Assembly (NCBI GenBank): GCA_964252035.1
Contig: OZ176209.1
From: Podarcis erhardii
Taxonomy: Eukaryota
DNA length: 64,000 bases
Strand: one strand, 5' to 3'
Shown here piece by piece: positions 59,236 to 64,000 of this stretch. The notes under the pieces are model-generated. The model saw nothing but the letters and a program-made list of their open reading frames with translations. It was not told the origin of the DNA and did not search any database. Positions within the stretch are counted from its first letter, which is position 1; the number at the start of each line of letters is the position of its first letter. Position numbers and translations under genes: made by a program.

Positions 59236-59612
59236 GGGAGTGGGTGGCGCTGTAGTCTAAACCATGGAGCCTTTTGGGTTTGCCAATCGGAAGGTCAGCG
59301 GTTTGAATCCCCACTATGGGGTGAGCTCCCGTTGCTTTGTCCCAGCTCCTGCCAACCTAGCAGTTCGAAAGCACACCAGTGCAAGTAGATAAATAGGTAC
59401 CACTGTGGTGGGAAGGTAAACGGCATTTCCATGCACTCTGACTTCTGTCACAGTGTTCTGTTGCACCAAAAGTGGTTTAGGCATGCTGGACACATGACCT
59501 GGAAAAGCTGTCTGTGGACAAACGCCAGCTCCCTCAGCCTGAAGCAAGATTAGCACCACACCTCTGAGTTGCCTTTGAATGGACTTAGCTATCCAGGGGT
59601 CCTTTACCTTTA
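59236..59612 (+). mobile_element. Sauria SINE
   Basis: full-length family match. Confidence 0.86.
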
Positions 59613-61308
59613 ACACCTTGAGGTTTTTTGCCTGGCTGGAATGTGCCTTTGGAACTCTTAATAATGTCTTTTGCTTGTTTGAATGGAGAATAGCAGGGGA
59701 GGGGGAGGTCTCTCTGTGTGTACAAACTTCCTTACTGTTTAGAGGTAAAATTTTAAAAGCACCGAAACCATAATTTTAAAAGCACTGAAAATAAGTGCTG
59801 GAAGAATTCAGTCCTGCATCACTCTAGGGGCAAAATACTGAAGCCCTTACAGGACTATCCCATTACCAAGCTTTCTTCCACACTAGCCATTTCATCTGAA
59901 ATGGACGCCATTTGTTCTCTCAGCTTTTTCCTGAATAATCCAAATGAGACTGTTGCTAATGTGCTGTATTCTGGTGTTTTTAGCCATCCTTCTCCTGCTT
60001 TTCTACACTTTTGATTTGTGGCTCTCTTTCTTTAAACTGTTAAAATGCAACTGCAGCCCAGCCCAGCGAAGTGCTTTTGAGGCATCCCAGGGCTAATGTT
60101 CCCATTAATTTTCCTCCTAGTGCCCTTTTTAAAAAGTGACTTCCGCTTCTCAGCTTCTGCCACCTTAATTAGTTTCTTCCTATTCTCTGCTGGCATTTTT
60201 GAATTGGTTCATAACTAGGCAGTTCGTATATAGGGGGAGCCCTTAAAGTCCTCTTTTCCTCCTTGTAGCCATAGCAATTGCTTATTAGTTAACCCTGCTC
60301 TTTCATTTTACAGTTGGAATTTCTTTGAGTTGATTTCTTAAATAAGTTTAAACCGACATTTTATTTTAAATTTTCTTATGCAATGGAATGGAAGGGGAAA
60401 GAAAAATCATAATGCCTCAAATTACCTTTCTTGGAGATGGCAGGTGTATTATTTATATACTTGTTTAGATTCATTTCTGATCCTGCGGCTCCTCTTTTTA
60501 GAGACAAACATTCTTAAAACTGGCAATATTATACAATGCAGTATTAGTTTCTGAATAACATACAGACTTTAATAAATCGTAATCGTGCTTAATTTAGGTG
60601 CTTTTGCAATCTGGTCCAGTTTTAGGTATCTACTTAATGCTGATAACATGCATTATATATATACATATATATAGTTTTATTTAGGTGGATAAAATATTAA
60701 GCATTGGGTTGGCAGTTATAGTGTTGCTGCTTTCAGAAACTTTTGTGACTGATTACACCTGTCTTGTGGTATGTAAAGTTGTCGTGTCTTGTTTGCAGTA
60801 TGTATCATGCCGTGAGTGTTTGTCTCCTGTTTTCCAACTCAGGAATTCCGTGATAGATTGGCACATTGTCCTACTCATGTGATATGTGTAAACATTACAT
60901 TCAGTTCACATGGGACATAGCTTGGGTGCAAGTTATTGGTCCTCCAGGGCGGTTTGCAGGGTGCCCATTCTTGTGAAGACAGTCCCAGTGTTCTTTTCCT
61001 CTGTGTTTTCAGTCAAAGTTCTGACACAAGGGGAGAGAGTTGGCTTGACCCAAGCAGATGTCCATGTTCAGAAAGGGCAGGCATGGCAATGAAAGTTTTG
61101 TTTTCCATTTCATGGCAAACTCTGCTTGACATAGTTTTTTTAAAAAGGGGACATGGTTGACAACAGAAAAAATATATATCGGCAGATCGCTTAAGATTGC
61201 ACAGGAGCAAACAACATACACAAGACTTGTTAGGAGCAAACAACAGTACAGCTCAGTTCCTAATAATATTTCCATATGCACTAGACACTGAAAGCATATT
61301 GAAAGCAT

Positions 61309-61440
61309 GCAGCCCTTCCCCCTGAATCTTGGGAACTGTCGTTTGTTAAGGGTGCAATGAATTGTTACTTTTTGGTGGGTAAACTACAGCTTTCAGGATT
61401 CTTTGTTCGGTGGGGGGATGTGCTATAAATGCATGCTGTT
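61309..61440. mobile_element. Short palindromic MITE remnant
   Basis: gaatcttgggaactgtcgttt / aaactacagctttcaggattc imperfect inverted repeat. Confidence 0.5.
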
Positions 61441-63628
61441 AACACAGTAGGTGTAACCTTCAGACCTGGCCTTAGATTTGAAAGTAGAAAAAAAAATCCC
61501 ATCAGTCTTTAGCAAATGTATTGTTACAAATTGTACACTAGTTGTTTCATGGGGCGGGGGATTAATTCTGTCCCAATATATAAACATGTACAACTACTTA
61601 GCTTCAGTTTATAGATCTGTAAAGGCAGTAGATCTTGACCCTTCCAGATCACACTGAAGAGATTGCCGATGAGAGGGGAAAAGCAATCCCTAGGCTGGCC
61701 TCCTTCCCAAAATGGAACTAGGATTGGTGGCAGCTGAATGTATTGATCTCAGGAATAGGAGCTTCTCCGTGCCAAGCTATTGGGTGTAGGAAATTCTAAC
61801 TACAGCATTTCCTGTCTGCGTGTAAAGATCTATTTCCCAAATTGATCCATCCTTTGTTATCATCAGGGCCTTTTTAATTTAGTTGAGTGTTTAATTATAT
61901 TAGTTTGGCTTGCTCATCTTTAACTAAAAATAATAAGTTTGCTCATTGTCATATACACAATATTGCCTCTAATGAGCCTAGTAATTAAGTGCAATTTAAA
62001 ACAAAACAAAAAACTGAATTAATTGCTTTCCATCTATTTTTTTCTGATTCTTATTGCTAGAAAAAAAACCCCATTAATTTAGCCACTAAGGGTGTATGCT
62101 TTTGTTTAGCCCTTCGGAATACTTAATTATTATCTAACTCTTAATTATTTATAATTGCCCATTATTGACTAAATCTATGTTTGCCTCTTCTTTTTGTGTC
62201 AGGACCCATAAGAAATCATTATATATTAATATATCTCTGAGCTGACGCACAAACTTCCGCCTCCCTCCACAAATAATTTTTTCTTATATATAGTTGTTGC
62301 AACGCCATACCTACGCTCTCCGGAAAAGAGAAAGGACAATATTCAGTGATTTTAGCAAAGGCAAAGGTAATTCTTTTAGATTAGGTAGTTGGTTTTTTTA
62401 CCAAAGCAGTGTGAGAAGGGTCAGATTTTAGGATCTTTGCTACTCAGCTAATAGTAAACCTTCAGTCCCTTGCAGATGCCCTAGCAGAAGATAAATAAGA
62501 GATCTGTTCTGGCAAATGGGGCACTGCCCCACCAATCTCGGGTTGCCCTCAGCCAGCTCCCACCTGCCTGCCATCTTGAGGCAGTCATGGGTGGCTCTGC
62601 CTGCCTTCCATTCTGGCTCCCCCTACTGCTGGTCTGTCTCCCTGCCATCTGCGCCACCAGGCCCAGTGGAAATGAATCAGCCCTGTTGAAGCATAAACAT
62701 TATGAACCACCTCCCAGCTCAAGCCATTGCATCTATCTCTACGGACCAGTTCGCTCAGTCACAATCTTTCTTCATATACAACACAGTGTCTCCAGGGATG
62801 CACTCATATGGAGAGCATAAAATATGACGTGGGTCCATTTTATTCACACAGTGTGACCTTGCATTGGTGATTTCCCCCTGAAACAAACCACCGGTACACA
62901 ATGGGGAACAGGATCAGAACCATGGAGAAGAGATGTAAGCCCTTGCTCCCATAGCAGCCCCAAGCAGAATTAGGCCCTCCTCCCTTGTGCCTGCTCTTCT
63001 CAGTGGGACCTGCGAAGTATGCTGCCAATTGTGGCTGCATGAAATCTCCATTAGGAAGTTGCTTCTGTATTTATGGGAAGCCTGGATCAGACATCCCAGT
63101 TTACCCCATCCTAGATTGTACACCAGTTTGTTCATTCTTCAGGGGAAAGCCTATTTAGATGAGGGTATGAATGGCTCCTAGGTAAGGAACTGTATCATTA
63201 ATGGATGTGGATAAATTATAAGGAAAATTGTTATAATGGTTCAGGGAGTTGATGTTGCAAATCTGATGAACTGTAAGGAAGGCAAATGTATGTTTTTTCT
63301 TACGTGTTGACTGAGGCTAGTTCTGTTGTGATTGTAATCCATTTTGTATGTTCTACATTCAAGTGCCTTTAATTCAAGGTTAAGCTTGAATAATTTGCAT
63401 TTCTTTATCAGGGAAATTAGTGCTATCTAAATGTATTTACTCTGTAGAGGGTTATCTATTTAATTTAGCTAAAGCAAGAGAGATCGGTTTTAATTTTAAA
63501 AAATCATACTTCTATGCTGCTTCTTTAATTTTTTATTCTATCATATGATTTCTTTTATGGATTGACATATATACATTAATATTTGTGTGCTTTTCTTTTC
63601 CATCCATCTCTCTTCATCTCATGAAAAG

Positions 63629-63637
63629 CACATCTGG
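63629..63637 (+). CDS. PPFIA2: Putative 9-nt PPFIA2 microexon CACATCTGG (phase 2-2; converts K to NTSG)
   Basis: 144 nt free of AG (63483-63626), then aaag|CACATCTGG|gtaagt; phase matches the upstream exon ending in AA. Confidence 0.72.
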
Positions 63638-64000
63638 GTAAGTTAAACCACAATGGTTGCTGATCATATTCATTTTCAGCACCATATTTGGATTTCTTCT
63701 TTTATTTCCTCTTATTATATTTTTTAATTTCTATATAACCACTTTAATTTGCAGATCTATGTGGAGAGTTGAACCAAAATCAAACTTTAAAATATTCTAA
63801 ACTTGGGCAACATTGGAGACCTTTTCAAGGTCTACTCCTGTTTGTTCTCAACTTGTGGATATATGAATATATTTTCATATGAACTGAGTGAAATTCTAGA
63901 TGAGCTGAAATAAATGACAAAAAAACTTGTGCTCTACCTCTGTGGTAAACTGTTTCACTGGTATTTCACTCATTCATTTGTTCATTCACTTGTTCTATAT

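Larger units (their letters stand above)
12155..63637 (+). other. PPFIA2: PPFIA2 (liprin-alpha-2) gene, internal part: exons from the coiled-coil region to the pre-SAM linker; the gene extends beyond both window edges
   Basis: 15 exons with AG/GT boundaries and compatible phases give one open frame. Paralog-diagnostic peptides recognised from memory of liprin-alpha-2: EPGQKVHEKRLSNGSIDS, RRPRRGRMGIRRDEPK, METEAAAQESLGLGKLGTQAEKDRRLKK. Confidence 0.95.

Noticed and set aside
53513-64000. Next constitutive PPFIA2 exon (HELLEEARRKG..., leading to SAM1)
   Set aside because: Searched for by eye and not found; presumably lies beyond the window end.

Overview
Vertebrate genomic DNA, not prokaryotic. 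The repeat content (Sauria SINEs, L2 tails, Tigger-like MITEs) points to a squamate, probably a lacertid lizard; the species is an inference. The window lies inside one + strand gene, PPFIA2 (liprin-alpha-2). I traced 15 canonical GT-AG coding exons from 12155 to 53512 that splice into one open frame. They cover the coiled-coil region through the linker just before the SAM domains; the start codon and SAM exons lie outside the window. Introns are rich in transposon remnants, and there are two N gaps. No CRISPR array, operon, or tRNA/rRNA gene is supported, and almost all ORF-track entries are spurious. The best leads are: (1) a 9-nt microexon at 63629-63637 that would change K to NTSG just before the SAM region; (2) Penelope-derived minimal hammerhead ribozyme motifs, one sense to the pre-mRNA and inside a ~550-nt hairpin; (3) a 'ghost' copy of a coding exon that differs only at synonymous sites; and (4) a GC-rich element built of alternating inverted repeats. 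I found no evidence of a wholly new multi-gene system. All alignments were done by eye.
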